Origin: Trichinella spiralis
Taxonomy: Eukaryota
Direction: 5' to 3'
Assembly (NCBI RefSeq): GCF_000181795.1
Contig: NW_003526941.1
Coordinates: 6,986,812 to 7,050,811 of the forward strand
Length of the DNA: 64,000 nucleotides
Part shown: positions 50,901 to 64,000 of the stretch, piece after piece
Layout of the letters: every line of letters starts with the position of its first letter
Position numbering within the stretch: position 1 is the first letter of the stretch
Made by a program: the position numbers and the translations under genes
Notes under the pieces: generated by a model
The model's database searches: none
The model's input: only the letters and a program-made list of their open reading frames with translations
Told to the model about the DNA's origin: nothing

Positions 50901-53900
50901 GCAACTGTTCCATTTTTGCAACGTTGCACAACGTCTGCTTTGTGTAATTAGATTTTGCTTACATTCTCTAAATTTTTTCTTACATTCAATATTTGACTTT
51001 TGTAAACAACATTTTCAGGAAAATTTTTCTTTTCTTCTCCCCTTTTCTTCACTTGAAAATAATTTGTCATCGTAATCCAATTTAAATTCAATTAATTTCA
51101 TTTCTAAAGTTGTACAAGAAATTTTTACCAAATCCATAATATTTATCATCATACATTTTACAAACATTGTTTTTATCGTCAATGAAAATGTTATTTGGAT
51201 TTCTTAAAAGTCATTGTTTTTCTGGATCTTAATATTTTTTTAAATGTATTTTATCTTTTTTTAAGCAGTTGGTTTAGCAGTGTTTTGATTTAATAAATAA
51301 CTGAAAGCAATGAATATCAGTTGAACAATAGATTTTTTCAAATTTCTTGCATGCATTTTTATCAAATCGAAAAGAATATTTTTACAAATTCAACACAACA
51401 TTACCCCGATTCTTCCGCATACATGAATGTAAGTAAAATTGTGTCGACAAATTTATCAACTCAATGCTCAGCTAGATTAGTTCCGTTGGTTGTTTTGAAC
51501 TTATTGTACAATTTTTTTCATTCATAATATCCTCCAATTGCTTTTCGAAAGTAGGAAAAAAGCTGGCCATAAGATGTGACGATGTTTTGGTCAGTTTTAC
51601 AGAAAATAAATTTAGTTAATTTACAATGGTCACATCTGCGGTGCATTTGAATTTATCAAAATATCGCTGCTCAATTTGCTCTGCCTAGCATTTGAAAATG
51701 TTGACTTTATGATCAATAGAGGAATGGTTATAAATTTGCATAGATAATAATTCATCTTCAATATTTCGAAGTGTTATTTAAAATGTAATTATTTGGGAAA
51801 TGAAAATGGGGTCATGAGCTTCTCGGCGCCGACCTTGTCAACCGTTGACCATCCGGTGTCCTGCGGTTTTGCAGACAATGGCATGGCGCAATCGGCACGG
51901 CGCCTGCACAGTTCAAACCCTATTCACGAAGGGTCTTCTGTACAATCGTCTTAGCCCGTGTCCAACGAGGCAAGAGCGACAAGTGGACGATGGAATTTTT
52001 GTCCGAACAATGAGGATAGTGCATTTTTAGCGCCTTTGGTCAAGGGTCGATTCGGTAATTATGGATTCCAGCGGCTCGTCAAGCTCCGCTGACCCTGTTC
52101 TACCGTTTCACTAATGGTGAGAAATTAGCCACGCATTTGGCCTAGTAACAACTGACAGCGGATTAACATTTCACTGCTGTCTAATCTTCCAAAAATATCA
52201 GCTCGTCTGCGTTTCATAATATCGCTCCACCCCAGATTTTCCGCACGTAACAATGAGAAAACGCCCAATTTTTATCTTTTGTTTATTTTGCATGCATTTG
52301 TATAAATTTATTGAAATCATTTTCATTATCTTGAATGATCACAATAATTAATGTCACACACATCACCACTTTACGCGTTCAATTATTTGAAAAACATAAC
52401 AGCAGCATGTTCAAAAATCACTCATTTAGTACAAAACTGTGCGTGTGATATTTTGATTTGGTTGAACGTAGTAGCTTAGCGGTTAGCAAAGTGAGAAAGT
52501 TAAAACGTAACTGAAATTGCAATTTCCGAGACTGTTGTTCGAAAGCTATTTTCAGTCACATTTGTGTAAAATGTAAATTGTGGCTGTTTTTTTTCTTTGC
52601 TGTTTGCGCTGTTTGTTAGCCATTGAAGTGTTTATATTAACTGTTATGGAAATTTAGTTAAATCTAACGCTAAACTAGATGTATGCTGACCGTTTCAAGT
52701 GTTGTATATCAAAAAATACTTTGCGCTTTCAGCTTCCCATTTTTCCCAGCAGAGCATTTCTAATATAAACGTAAATTTGACTTTGACTAAGGCTGTTTTG
52801 CTGCAGTTTTTGTTGTTTCAAATGTATTTCAGTATGTTATAAATAAATTTCATCATTTGTATGATAAACTTTGCTTCTGTACACTGGTGCATGCAAATAA
52901 CAGTAGAAAGCGGTGGTGTTTTGTTTCGGTTGAGTTAAAATTTAAATTTCAGTCAAATGTTTCTGTAAAACTGATAAATGATCATCCTGAACACTGACGA
53001 AGTTTACACATGAAATTCGCCAAAACACGTTATCCAACTTTGAGTGTTTGTTATCCAGTAGTTAAGGTTGATTTAATCGACTTCGACTTGTTGCGCTTCT
53101 TTGTAGGAGGTTTGTAGGATAAAAATGTGGTTTCCGTAGTTGCGCTGATGATGATAGGTGTTTGATTCTTGACAACAGTTTGCGATTTCAGTGATGATCC
53201 ATCCAGATGAACACGCATGATTCAGAAAAGCACGTGTCGAACGCGCTTAATTATTAAAACCTGCGTCGAGGCAAGTGTTCGTTCAAAGCATTGTTCAAAC
53301 CATAGTCAGCGGTTAGAACACGCTAGTCACGTGGTGCAAAACACCGTCCAGTCTTTGTCAATATCCTGTAGTTTCCATGGATTTCTTCCATTTTGAATTT
53401 GTTGACCTGCTGGCACCACTGCCGCCTAAAGCTGACGCTGTGATTTTCTAGCGCTGGTGCACATAAGTGCAACTTTGACGCGATCATAAGCATTCTTAAT
53501 TAGTCGCTTTGATCGTTGCATTTGGTGACCGTTGGCGCCTACAGTAGTAGACGTTAAAGAAAGTTTATTGAACGCCAGCAGCTCTTATTAGTGTTGAAAT
53601 GACAGCCGCGTCGTCGTCATGGAATCACTTGCCTGTCAAATTGTTGTTCAGCTTTATACCTGTAAATCAAAACAGTGCCAAAAATTGAACTGAAATTTCC
53701 GGCCGAATGTAGTGAAGTGAGAGCTTGCCGCTGCCGCCGTTCAGCCTGCTGTTCATTAGCATGCGTTACTGAAGGGCCTGTTGCTTGCTGAGATTAATTA
53801 GAAAACAGCCGCTGACCCGTGTTGACTTGATCTCATTAGTTTGCTTGTCCTAGCTATCCGCTTTTCCGCATCCGCGCTCCGTTCGTTGTCGTCAAATGTG

Positions 53901-56900
53901 CACCTGGCCTGCTTTCGTAATCATCATCATCATCATCATCATCACAGCTAATTTGAATAGTCCTCTAGCTTCTGTTCTGTTCTGTTCTGTTCTGTTCCCC
54001 AACTGACCCGCCCGCCTAGAATTTGTTTTGATTTTTAATAATTTTACAATTAAGCTATTTAATTTAATTTTATTCTATCTATTACATGAATTTAATTCAT
54101 CACTCAAATTTGTCCGCATTTCTATTCGAAATGCGTAAAATTCATTTTTTGTTACTTAGTAATTAACGCAGCAATGATAATAATTTAAAAAAAATTATTT
54201 TTTTTTCTAAAAATTAAGCTATTGTTTTAAATTTAACTTATCTATAACTCATTATTTGTGAATTTTTTAAATTGACTCATTATCTGTTATTATTTTTCAA
54301 TTTATGTAGCTCATTGTTGAATTTTTAGTTTTATTTTCTGATTTTATCATTGATTTAATTTAGTGGTTTTATTTTTAAATAGATGTGTTGTGTGAAGTTC
54401 AGTGCAGCAGCAGCTTATTCTCAAATTTAGCTTCATTTAATTTAGCTTCATGTTAATTGAATTCTGCTTTCAGTTTTCTTTTTTCCTCTGTATACATCAT
54501 TCAATTTGATATTCTTTCATTTTAATTTCTGCTTTTTTCAAAAAAAAGAATACTTCGTGAATATCATTTTTTTAAAAAAGAGAAAAAAAAGGAGAATTTA
54601 CTGTAGAGTAGATAGATATATGACGATGTATGCATAGGGAAAGAGAGAAAAAAAAGAAACAGTTTCAGCATGATCAGCCTGCTCGTTCCAGTCACAGGCT
54701 TAATGATGCTGTATTTAAAGTAAAGTTAAAATGAAAAAATTAAATTAAAAAAGTTTTCAAAAGCTACGATAATAGAAAAGTTTGAGGAAGTGCAACAGAA
54801 GTGTTTCATTTATTTCACAATTGCCGTTTAACTGTGAATTGTGCAACCAAGCGTATTATAATTCAAGAAACGGCAAAGCAAACCCACGTTTCCCATGCTC
54901 ATACTTTTGCTGGAAAACATCAACAAATGTGATGAATAGACTAGTCTGTGTATCTCATGTATTTTGGTTTTTTGAAAAACAGAAATTTTTGAAAATCATC
55001 GAAATTTTTTCTCTATTTTTTGATAAGTTTCTATATATGTATATTTTTTTTCCGTGAGCAATGTTTATGTGAGAAATTTTACACGTCTTTTTTTATATTA
55101 TAAGTGTGAGAGCATGGTGAATTAATATAACCAACAACATTGTATTGAAAAGTACATATTAATTTCTCGCTTTCTACCTCCTCACGCCTATATTTCTCTT
55201 CCCGCCCCACCCCCTATCCCTCTCCCTCTCTCTGCGATTTTGTTTGTAATTTTTTTTTGAATATCTTAATTCAGTATTACATAGTTTCTGTTAATTTATA
55301 AATAAATTTTCAATTTAAATTTATTTATTTATTGTGAAAGTTTATTATGCATTAATTATGCAAGGCCAGACCATTCCAATGGGAATATTCTTATTTCACT
55401 TTTGTCAGTAATATTGTAAAATTTATACTGCGGCATAAAAATATAGAAAAGCAAAGTTATTTCTTAAAGTTATACTTCAGTATGTACATGGGTATTTTGG
55501 AGCATGCTATCTGTGACCGCGCAAATGAAATATTGAAACTGACCAATGTCCTTATCCAGATATAACCTGTAAAACTTGCATTAAAGTACCAGTGATCCAT
55601 TAGTCACTTTATTGACAATCATGCAGTCAGGGAAATCAAAGGCTATTTTTTCCTTCGTTGCTTTCTGGTAGATGGCCGTCATTAAGTGACGATTAGGGCG
55701 TGATCATGTTGTCGACATCATTTTCATGCCAGGACGGCCTTCGCGTTGCTTTTGTTTGCTGTCCAATTCACGGCTGCTTTCAGCTGAAAGGTATACTGTA
55801 ACTATAGTGGTGTAGGCTGATTGTGCATTTAGGCTAGCCTGAGCGTGTCTGCAAATGCATGTCCATTAGGCACGACGCTTTCAATAGGTTTAAGATTCCA
55901 AGAAATGGGCGCTGGTAGACATCTGCTGCTAGAACGACCTAATTTTCCCTCTTTCAAGGCAACTTAAACACACAATCCATACCACTACGTTCAATATGAT
56001 TATGTTGTTTTGTATTGCTATTGAAAGTCTATTATAAGGCAATTGATATTTTGTACTCTACATCTCACTTTGTCCTTAATCTTGACTAGTCTACTTTCTT
56101 ACCTGGTTTGATATGAATTGTTTTTCAATGTGAAATATCACTGTGAAATTTCAACATAGTAAAACAATATTCCACTTAAATTAATCATAATCAATAAAAA
56201 ACATAAACGTTTACAATCAAATGTAATAGTGATGGTCTAATAATTGTAAAATAATAAACTTCAAACAGCTAGGATTGCAAATTTATATTTCAGCTTTATA
56301 ATTTTTATGGACTATTTAATTTCAAATATCGTTAAATGATCATTTGTTCATTTTCACTACTTAGGCAGATTTTCAGGAGGAAAATGTTGTCATTGAACAA
56401 CGGCAGTTTGTAGTTAAATTTTAATAAATATACTTTTATTGATAGTTTGTTTAGAAATTGAACGAACATTTTTTACGTGAAAAATAAATTTAAATAAATG
56501 TAAACTTTAGCTAGGATGTAAAATCAAACGTGATTTTGAATGTTCATTATTGTCAGCCAGAACTGACTGACATGTGGTCACTTTGTTCGAAATAAAACTC
56601 TGCAGTTAAAATAAACTTAACAGCCAAGTTTTAACAAAATACAAATAATGGACTGTAGTGGGGCCAGCCGTCTTATTGATTGATAAAAAACAAGAAGTAT
56701 TATTATTGGCTCTGTGAGCAATATTGATTTTAAAGTAGTAAATTCATCTTTGTAACGAGGAGGAAAATTTCATTTTGATTATAATCCTCCTTTTGCTATA
56801 CAAGTCGCTTTGCAGTCAGTATCGAATTTTTATCCAATTAAACCCCACTACCTACCGTCTGCAAATATTGAAAGGAACTTTTAGTAACTTTCCATTGTAT

Positions 56901-59207
56901 TCAACCGCGCACAAATGGACAAAGCGGATCAACAATATCTATTGTCAAGTTGAAGAAAAAACATACTGCTAGCAGTGAAGTAATGAACGTTGCTGATATT
57001 CGGAGAGATTACCTTTCGTGCTAATTTTTAAACATTGTTTAAAGTTTAAGAATTATAAAAACTGATCTTTTATGCAAACACAATAACGGGACACATTATT
57101 TATCAGTTAATGCACCAATTAGCTTGTTAAAATTTTCCAAGCATGTATGATCATTTTGTTCTACTCAAATGAGAATTTTTCAAAAATTATTTTACCATCA
57201 AAGATATCCTATTTTTGTTCTATATTGTGTCAAATGTAAAATAAAAAATAGAAATATAATGGAACTTTTTGCCAGAGTAAAGTAGCGACCAGTAGTGAAA
57301 TAAAACAAAATAAAATGTTTCTACAAATAAAGCAGTCTCGTCCCACAGGGTGAGAACCAACACAACTGCATCCTGTTGTCCCGGAAAGAAAGCGAAGCAT
57401 GACTGTAAATATTTACAATGTGAGAGTGTACCCCCGCTGGTGACACGCGACAACTCTAGTCAAAAGAAATCTGGGAATTCATCCACTTCCGTTTAGTAAA
57501 ACTTTTCACAACTGCCTCATTCACACTTTTACAGTATACTACGCTGTATTTTCTTATTTACAAAAAGAAATATAATGATAGCGTGAAAATTATTGTTGAT
57601 TGATATCCATCAGATGATCCGATGAGTTAGAAGATGAATTTACCCAAGAGCTGCTTAATAGTGTTCAGCAATTTTTTGGAATTAAAAGAAAATATTGTTT
57701 AAAATGATCCTTTTTTAATGCTTACTAAAATTGCAATTATAAAACACATTTATCATACAATTCTAAACAGTATGTGAATCATTCATTAATCACTTAAAAA
57801 ACAAATAATGTAAACATTCAGCATGATTGACTTTATTGTGAATAATTTTCATTATATTCATAATTTAAATAAAAAGGAAATGATATTTATTGTTGTAAGT
57901 GTCAAGTTAAGTGTAAATTTTACCGCTGTTAACGTGGAGTTTTATGTTTTATGCAAAGGAAATTTATGCAAGCAAAAAGTAATGAACTGGGTGGGCAGTG
58001 CATCATTTTTTACTTGGTCAACTTTGAGTTATTCAGTCTAGTTATTACAAGCAGTGCAACCAAAGGCGTGCATAAAAATGCAGATGCAGTTCTGTTTTTT
58101 TTATTAAAATATGATTGACTATTCTATTATTCATTAGTTACTGTAATAATTAATTTGTCTTGCAATTTTGTTAACGTCTAAGTGAAATTATATGCCATCT
58201 CATGCCCGGCTCTTTTAGTAAATATCAACAGAAATGCGCGTAAATTTTGGTATATATTGGGAGCGAACTTGAAGAAATTACAATTGCTATTATATTTGCT
58301 ACTTACATTCGATATAAAATGACGCCAATCATGATCAGATCAATTTGTCGCCATTGTGTGCCTTCTACACAAACGGCTGTCAACTCAGCCGTGACAGTTT
58401 GTCGCTTTAAATGTTTAAAAGCTATTATAATATTCCTATTTCAATGATAATTCTAGCGATCAATTGTGACCTAGCATTTTACCAATTCAAGCAACCAAGC
58501 TGCATTTTACGGCCTCCATTTTTATCATTAATTTACAACTCTTATCAAGAAAGCATTTTATATTTTATTTTGAGCTTTCTGATAAATAAATATTAAAAAA
58601 TCTTAGCTTTATCATTTCATTTATTCACAGAGCATTTACTGGACAGAGGATGTTTTGTCAGTTGATAAAATACATGCTGTTGTATGACGTCTTATGTAAA
58701 TTTAAGACACATACTGATTGTGGGATATTTTATAATAAAATTAAAGCCATAAATAGAATGAAAATCAAAGAAAGCTGTAAAAAATATTAAAGGACTATTG
58801 CAGTTGTGTAAGAATTTTTATATAAATGATCAAAAGTATTTATTTGTACAAAGTGAGCTGCGAATTACTTAAATAATTTTAGATTTTTCTTCATTCATTT
58901 CGAATTAAATTTACCACTTCAATCAACTCAGCTTCTAAATTTTTTTACTCCATATTGCTATTGAATTCAGTTGTAGTGCAGTTCATAATTTAGATTCTTT
59001 ACTTTTGCTGAATTTACATTTATTGCTCAAAATTATTATTTCAGCAGCATAAGCAAAAGTAAATCAGAGAAACTTTTTAACAATTGCTCTATTTATTTTC
59101 AATTGCAATGTTCTCTGTTGGCCCAAGAACGAACAGTGCGATATATATATATATAAGGGTATCCAGCATGAATATGGTGCTTTTTTTCTTGTTTCTCATA
59201 TAAATAG

Positions 59208-59261
59208 ATCTTTGCAGAATCATGTTGCAGATCATGCAGTGAAACATGATTCAGCAGAGGT
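59208..59261. ncRNA. Candidate pre-miRNA-like hairpin
   Basis: Arm 59208-59226 (ATCTTTGCAGAATCATGTT) pairs with arm 59243-59261 (AACATGATTCAGCAGAGGT) at 18 of 19 positions (2 G:U). No known mature miRNA was recognised. Confidence 0.3.
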
Positions 59262-61153
59262 GCAGTGACACGCCAACAGCAATGGCGTATTTTCTGTTTT
59301 AATGTTTTCCTGGAATACCCCGCATTCTGATTTTTATTGCTGGTGTAAGCAGTTGCTCATATTCAGCATTGAAATGCTTCAAATAAAAATATTATTCCCA
59401 CATATAAAACAGATACCCCAGTTTAGCGATAGGTTTCCGGAAATTTGATACTGATTATGTAAACAAATGAAGATAACATAAAGTGTTCTTATGAAGTTAT
59501 GAAGCATCTTAATCCATCATCAAAGATTTCTGTGATCAGTGATCAGCGTTTCAGTATTCGCTTCTGCTAAACCTTTAGATTCTCTAGGCAAATATAATTG
59601 ACCTCATTATTTTTATGCCGTCTCATTCTGCATAGTTCACAAAAATTCGCTGAAGAATAATGCTTTCTTCAACGCATACGGTTGAATTGAACATTTTGGA
59701 TAGATTCTTATCTTAGCAGTGCCCTCACTTCAGTTTATAGAATGCTTAAGTAAATACGGAAAATATAGTTTGCATGCTTTGATGGAATATTGTATTAAAG
59801 ACATACTGTATTAGATTAAAATGCACATCCATATAAGCTAAAAAGTGAAAATATGCTCAGCAAGTGCACATTTAATTAGCAATGCGTTTTTTGTTTAAGT
59901 TAATTTGTTATTATTTATTATTTTAGTTTCTTAGTCATGTATCATATATTTTGAATTTCTTATTAAAGAATTGAAAATAGAACAAACCGCAAAATTGGCC
60001 TACTGCTAATTATTGATGAGAGTGTTCGTTGTAAATGAATCTTACCATAGAATAAGAAACTTGAAAAACAGAAAACGTTTCATTCTGTTCAATTCAATTA
60101 TATAGTAGATTTGTTAGTGAGATTTACCGCTGTAAAATGGACAGTTTGAAAATCAGTACACCACTTTAACAGTTCGCAAAGTTATCAGCGCATCATTCGC
60201 AACTTAGCACTGTAAAATATAACTTTCTACTTAAAAGTTTTATGAAATTAGTTGTAAATTGTGTAAAGTGAAATATAAAAGCGACCAGTTGTGTGAGGTG
60301 CTGTTCAGATGCATTTATGGATGTGCGTTGAGCTTGTCAATAAACAGAGTTCACTTGATTAGGGTCACTATACATGGCGGAACCGATTTTGCTCAACAAG
60401 CAGTGCACAGTTGCTGAACGGAAAATTTAATATCCACGCATCATTGACTCGCTTAATTCACGCTGATTTGATTGATCAAATTTGTTCCTATTGGAAAATA
60501 TCCTATTATCGTAATGAAATTTTCTTCAACAAAGCGCATATTGCAGCAATAGCAAGCTGTTGAGTGCCACACGTCTAGCTAAGTAAATTAGTCAAATATG
60601 TGAACATCAGAGGACACTGCATGAATTCAGATAATGAAATATTTTCAACTTTTCATAGAAAAGCTACAATAAATAATACGGAAAATTTCGATATCATTGT
60701 CAAATATCAAAAAAAATGAGAACATTTAGACAATACTGCCCAGGTTGGATTAGGTTTAAATGCAGCTACAAAAATTAATTTTGATTTATTAAATTAATTA
60801 ATAAACTACACGAATATATATATATATATATTTAAAAAAGGGAACACTGTGACATTCTCCAAATCAGGTTAAAGCAACTCACAAACAATGCAAATCTAAA
60901 AAATATTAACAAAGACCGACGCAAATTAGATCAAAGACATTAGTTAGTCAGTCGAAGATGCTAATTTAAGGTTTATTTATTTCACGAAAATATCAGGAAG
61001 TAATTAATTATATTGTTCATTTATAATTTTGCAATGAAAAAATTTCAGCATTTAATTTTCGAAATTATTGTTGTTTGTTACTTGCGCATCATTAAAAGCA
61101 TACAGTTTTGATAAGCTTTCAAACTAGTCTTTTTAATACTAATAATACTAATA

Positions 61154-61265
<112 letters not shown>

Positions 61266-62039
61266 CAATGGGAAAGTAACACTTTAAAATAATAAAGATA
61301 TTTTTAAATTATTTAAAGCGTTTTATTCGATTATATTAAAAAGCTTCTTTTACGTCATCTTTTCAAATTATGTTCAATTTTAAATAATGCAAACTGTTTC
61401 AACTAAGAGAAGGCACAATGAAAAGGAATTTATCTGAAATTAATGCATCATTGTATAGGATTTATTTGAATTTTTTAGAGCTGCGCTGTGACTTAAGAGT
61501 CGAACAGTAATAGATGGACATTTGGAAAACGGTCCAGAATAATAATTAAAGTCTTGGCTTGTTCCTAGTTGTTCATTAGACTTTCAAAAGGCATTACGCT
61601 GTTACCGAGTAAAAAGTTTGTCATTCTACCAAAGGTAATATGATGTGCTGTTTGCGTAATTCACTTACTCGTTCTTATACAACATTTCGGAATGTTCTCT
61701 TCATGGTCAGTTAACTATTCAGTAGATCAATGTGATGATCACTAGACAAGCAACGCGTTAAATTCTACTCTTCAATATCATCGATCATTGAAGGTAAGTT
61801 CTTTTTTTAAAGCTGAGCTAACGTTCTGTGCAAGCATAGTATGTTTGCAGGATTTCGGCTGTCTTTATTAAACTAACATATATTTATTTCATTTCCATTA
61901 GCTAACCTTCAGATCAGCTCAGTCGATGCTTCGATGGGAAATTGCGTATCATAATGATATATATTATTTCATTTTGATTTCATTAATGATATAAATTTGG
62001 CAATATTAATTCAAATACGCTTCCATGCATCTTGAGATA

Positions 62040-62380
62040 TGGTTTGTTGTGATTCAGAAAAATTTTCTGATCAATTGATATCATTTTTGGAAGAAATCAG
62101 AATTTTCGACTTTTCAAAAAAGCAAGGCTATAGCCTTTGCTGTTTGTGCGATTTTCGAAAGTAGGCTTTTTTCCAAAATTTCGTTTTTTTGTTATATATT
62201 GCTAAAGTTTGATAAATTATGAGGTTCTGGAAAGTTCCATGGCAAACTAACCCGAACTTGTTGAATTAACCCGTCTCTAAAGTTTGTATGCGCCCTATAT
62301 TAACACACAGTAAAGACTTGCCCATCTGGAAACTACCAAGAAACGACCCCATGACGGGCTGAATTTTAGGAATTACAAAA
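62040..62380 (+). repeat. Unclassified repeat family, forward fragment
   Basis: Its start resembles 2128-2168 (GGTTTGT.GTGATT..TTTTCTGATCAATT). Its end resembles 1-50 (GCCCATCTGGAA..GAAACG..GAATTTT). It is a diverged reverse complement of about 62660-62980. Confidence 0.85.
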
Positions 62381-62390
62381 NNNNNNNNNN

Positions 62391-63210
62391 CAGGATAGAC
62401 ACTCAGGTATAATAAATGTTGACAGCTACAGATTTAGAAATCAATTCTACTGGTCGAATAAATGAAATAAACTAATAGGAAACTAATAAATGGAAGATTT
62501 TATGGGCATTTCAAACCGTCCTTAAACAATTTCTATAAATTTATTCCAAATGGACGAAAAATGCAGAAAAATCGTCTTGCCCAAAACAAAGAAATATTGC
62601 ACAAGACTTCGCCATTTCAACGAATATCTCACGATAATGCAAAGAACGTTTCCTATATCAAAATTCAGCTATCCTGGTGCCGTTTCAAGGGAGTTCCAGA
62701 TGGGCTGCTTTGCTGTGTATTAAGATAGGCGCATGCAGACTTTAGATGCCGTTTATTCAACAAGTACGGGTTAGTTTCCCATGCAACATTCTAGAACTTT
62801 CTAATTCATCAAACGTTAGCAATATATAACAAAAAAAGCGAAATTTTTGAAAACACCCTACTTTCGAAATTGCCAAAAACAGCAAAGGCTATACCCATGC
62901 TTTTGAAAAGTCAAAAATTTTTAATTGTTGCAAAAGTAATTTCAATTGATCAGAAAAATTAAGGTAATCATTACAAACCTATTTGCACGTCGTACAAACG
63001 CGTATTTGCCGAGATATTGCAAAAAAGTTGTACAATGATGCGATTTTAGTGGGGACGTCAGAGATGGAAACGAAACCTGCGCGCTTGATAATACATCCTA
63101 TAGTTGCATTTCATTAGCATTTATATCAAAATTTGAACAAATACCCGCCAGCAAATGTTTCTGATTCTAATATCTTTTGTGCCTGAATTTCACTTTTGTA
63201 TTACAGAAAC
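62391..63210 (-). repeat. Unclassified repeat family, reverse-oriented fragment spanning the unit junction
   Basis: Reverse complement of 1-317 (62391-62708), a linker of about 235 bp, then the reverse complement of about 1900-2168. Confidence 0.92.
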
Positions 63211-64000
63211 TAATCATGCATCGATCTTTTTGAAATGCATTCAGAAATAGAGTATCTGCTTGTTACGCTTGTCGTAACTGCTGAGTCGTTCACAAAAGCA
63301 GTGAACAGTGAATAATTAATAATTTATAAATAACTTTTAAATACGTCTAAATAAGTTTAAACAGCAGATCATGATGTAGAAAATATGCGTGAACATTGCA
63401 TGCCAAGTTGATTAATTATTTTGTTATTTTTTTATAAAACGAATTTTTTTATTTTGCCGAAAATTGAGTTGTCCCTGATATTACATTTTTCATACAGCAT
63501 TAAATGGTTTATCATTAGTTGTATCCTCGTAGTGCAGACTGATTTGCATACAAACTTCATAAAGTAAGAAATTATATATGTCGTACAATCATGCAAATAA
63601 ATCAACCACGTTTTTGTCGTTACTATTTCTTTCTGAGGGCGCATTTGTTCAGATATTGTTCATATGGATGGCAAAGCATCTAGTTGAATTCAGATAATAG
63701 AGATGAAGATATTTGAAAGAGTTTGATACGCGTGTATGGCAGATAATTTTAATAAATAGAAATTTTCTCGCAAAAAATCTTTCTAATAACATTGCTGATG
63801 ATCTATTTATGCATTACAAGAATTCTGCCAGTTTTGAAAACTCTTATTCAAGCAATTTCATTGAATAATAACTAATAACGGTTTACAAATACCATATATT
63901 CAAAATGATCAGTTTTGATAACAATGTTGAAACAATTTTGCTGTTTAAAATGCTTTTACAAATCACAATACTGCTAAATTGGAGTTTTAGCGAATTTCTC

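Noticed and set aside
52468..52490. tRNA A-box-like GTAGCTTAGCGGTTAG (similar string at 53302-53322)
   Set aside because: No B-box (GTTCRA) and no cloverleaf downstream.
60612..60630. GGACACTGCATGAATTCA resembling miR-228
   Set aside because: The seed differs and no complementary hairpin arm is nearby.

Overview
AT-rich eukaryotic genomic DNA from a draft assembly with N gaps. Short GT-AG introns, TTTCAG acceptors, close gene packing and the PAN-domain genes point to a nematode, plausibly a Trichinella-like clade I species (inference only). (1) Both ends carry an unclassified repeat with a unit of about 1.45 kb: direct copies at 1-2169, and an inverted pair at 62032-63214 bracketed by an exact 8-bp direct repeat. 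(2) A gene-dense block at 4.7-23.5 kb holds a secreted 3xPAN + TSP1-like protein, an intronless LSG1, a multi-exon FPGS with a probable GC-AG intron, IMP3 and EMC6 in an operon-like arrangement, a secreted 2xPAN protein, and a multi-pass membrane protein with an acidic then Lys-rich tail. (3) A single-exon SoxB1 (sox-2-like) gene at 45851-47113 sits in about 37 kb with no supportable coding exons. That interval contains GC-richer motif islands, two TATA + splice-donor candidates and a pre-miRNA-like hairpin. No prokaryotic features, CRISPR arrays, rRNA or tRNA were found. I saw no convincing new multi-gene system. The best leads are the charged-tail membrane protein, the putative transcripts and enhancers around the Sox gene, and the repeat insertion. 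Exon structures were assembled by hand from splice signals and reading-frame continuity.
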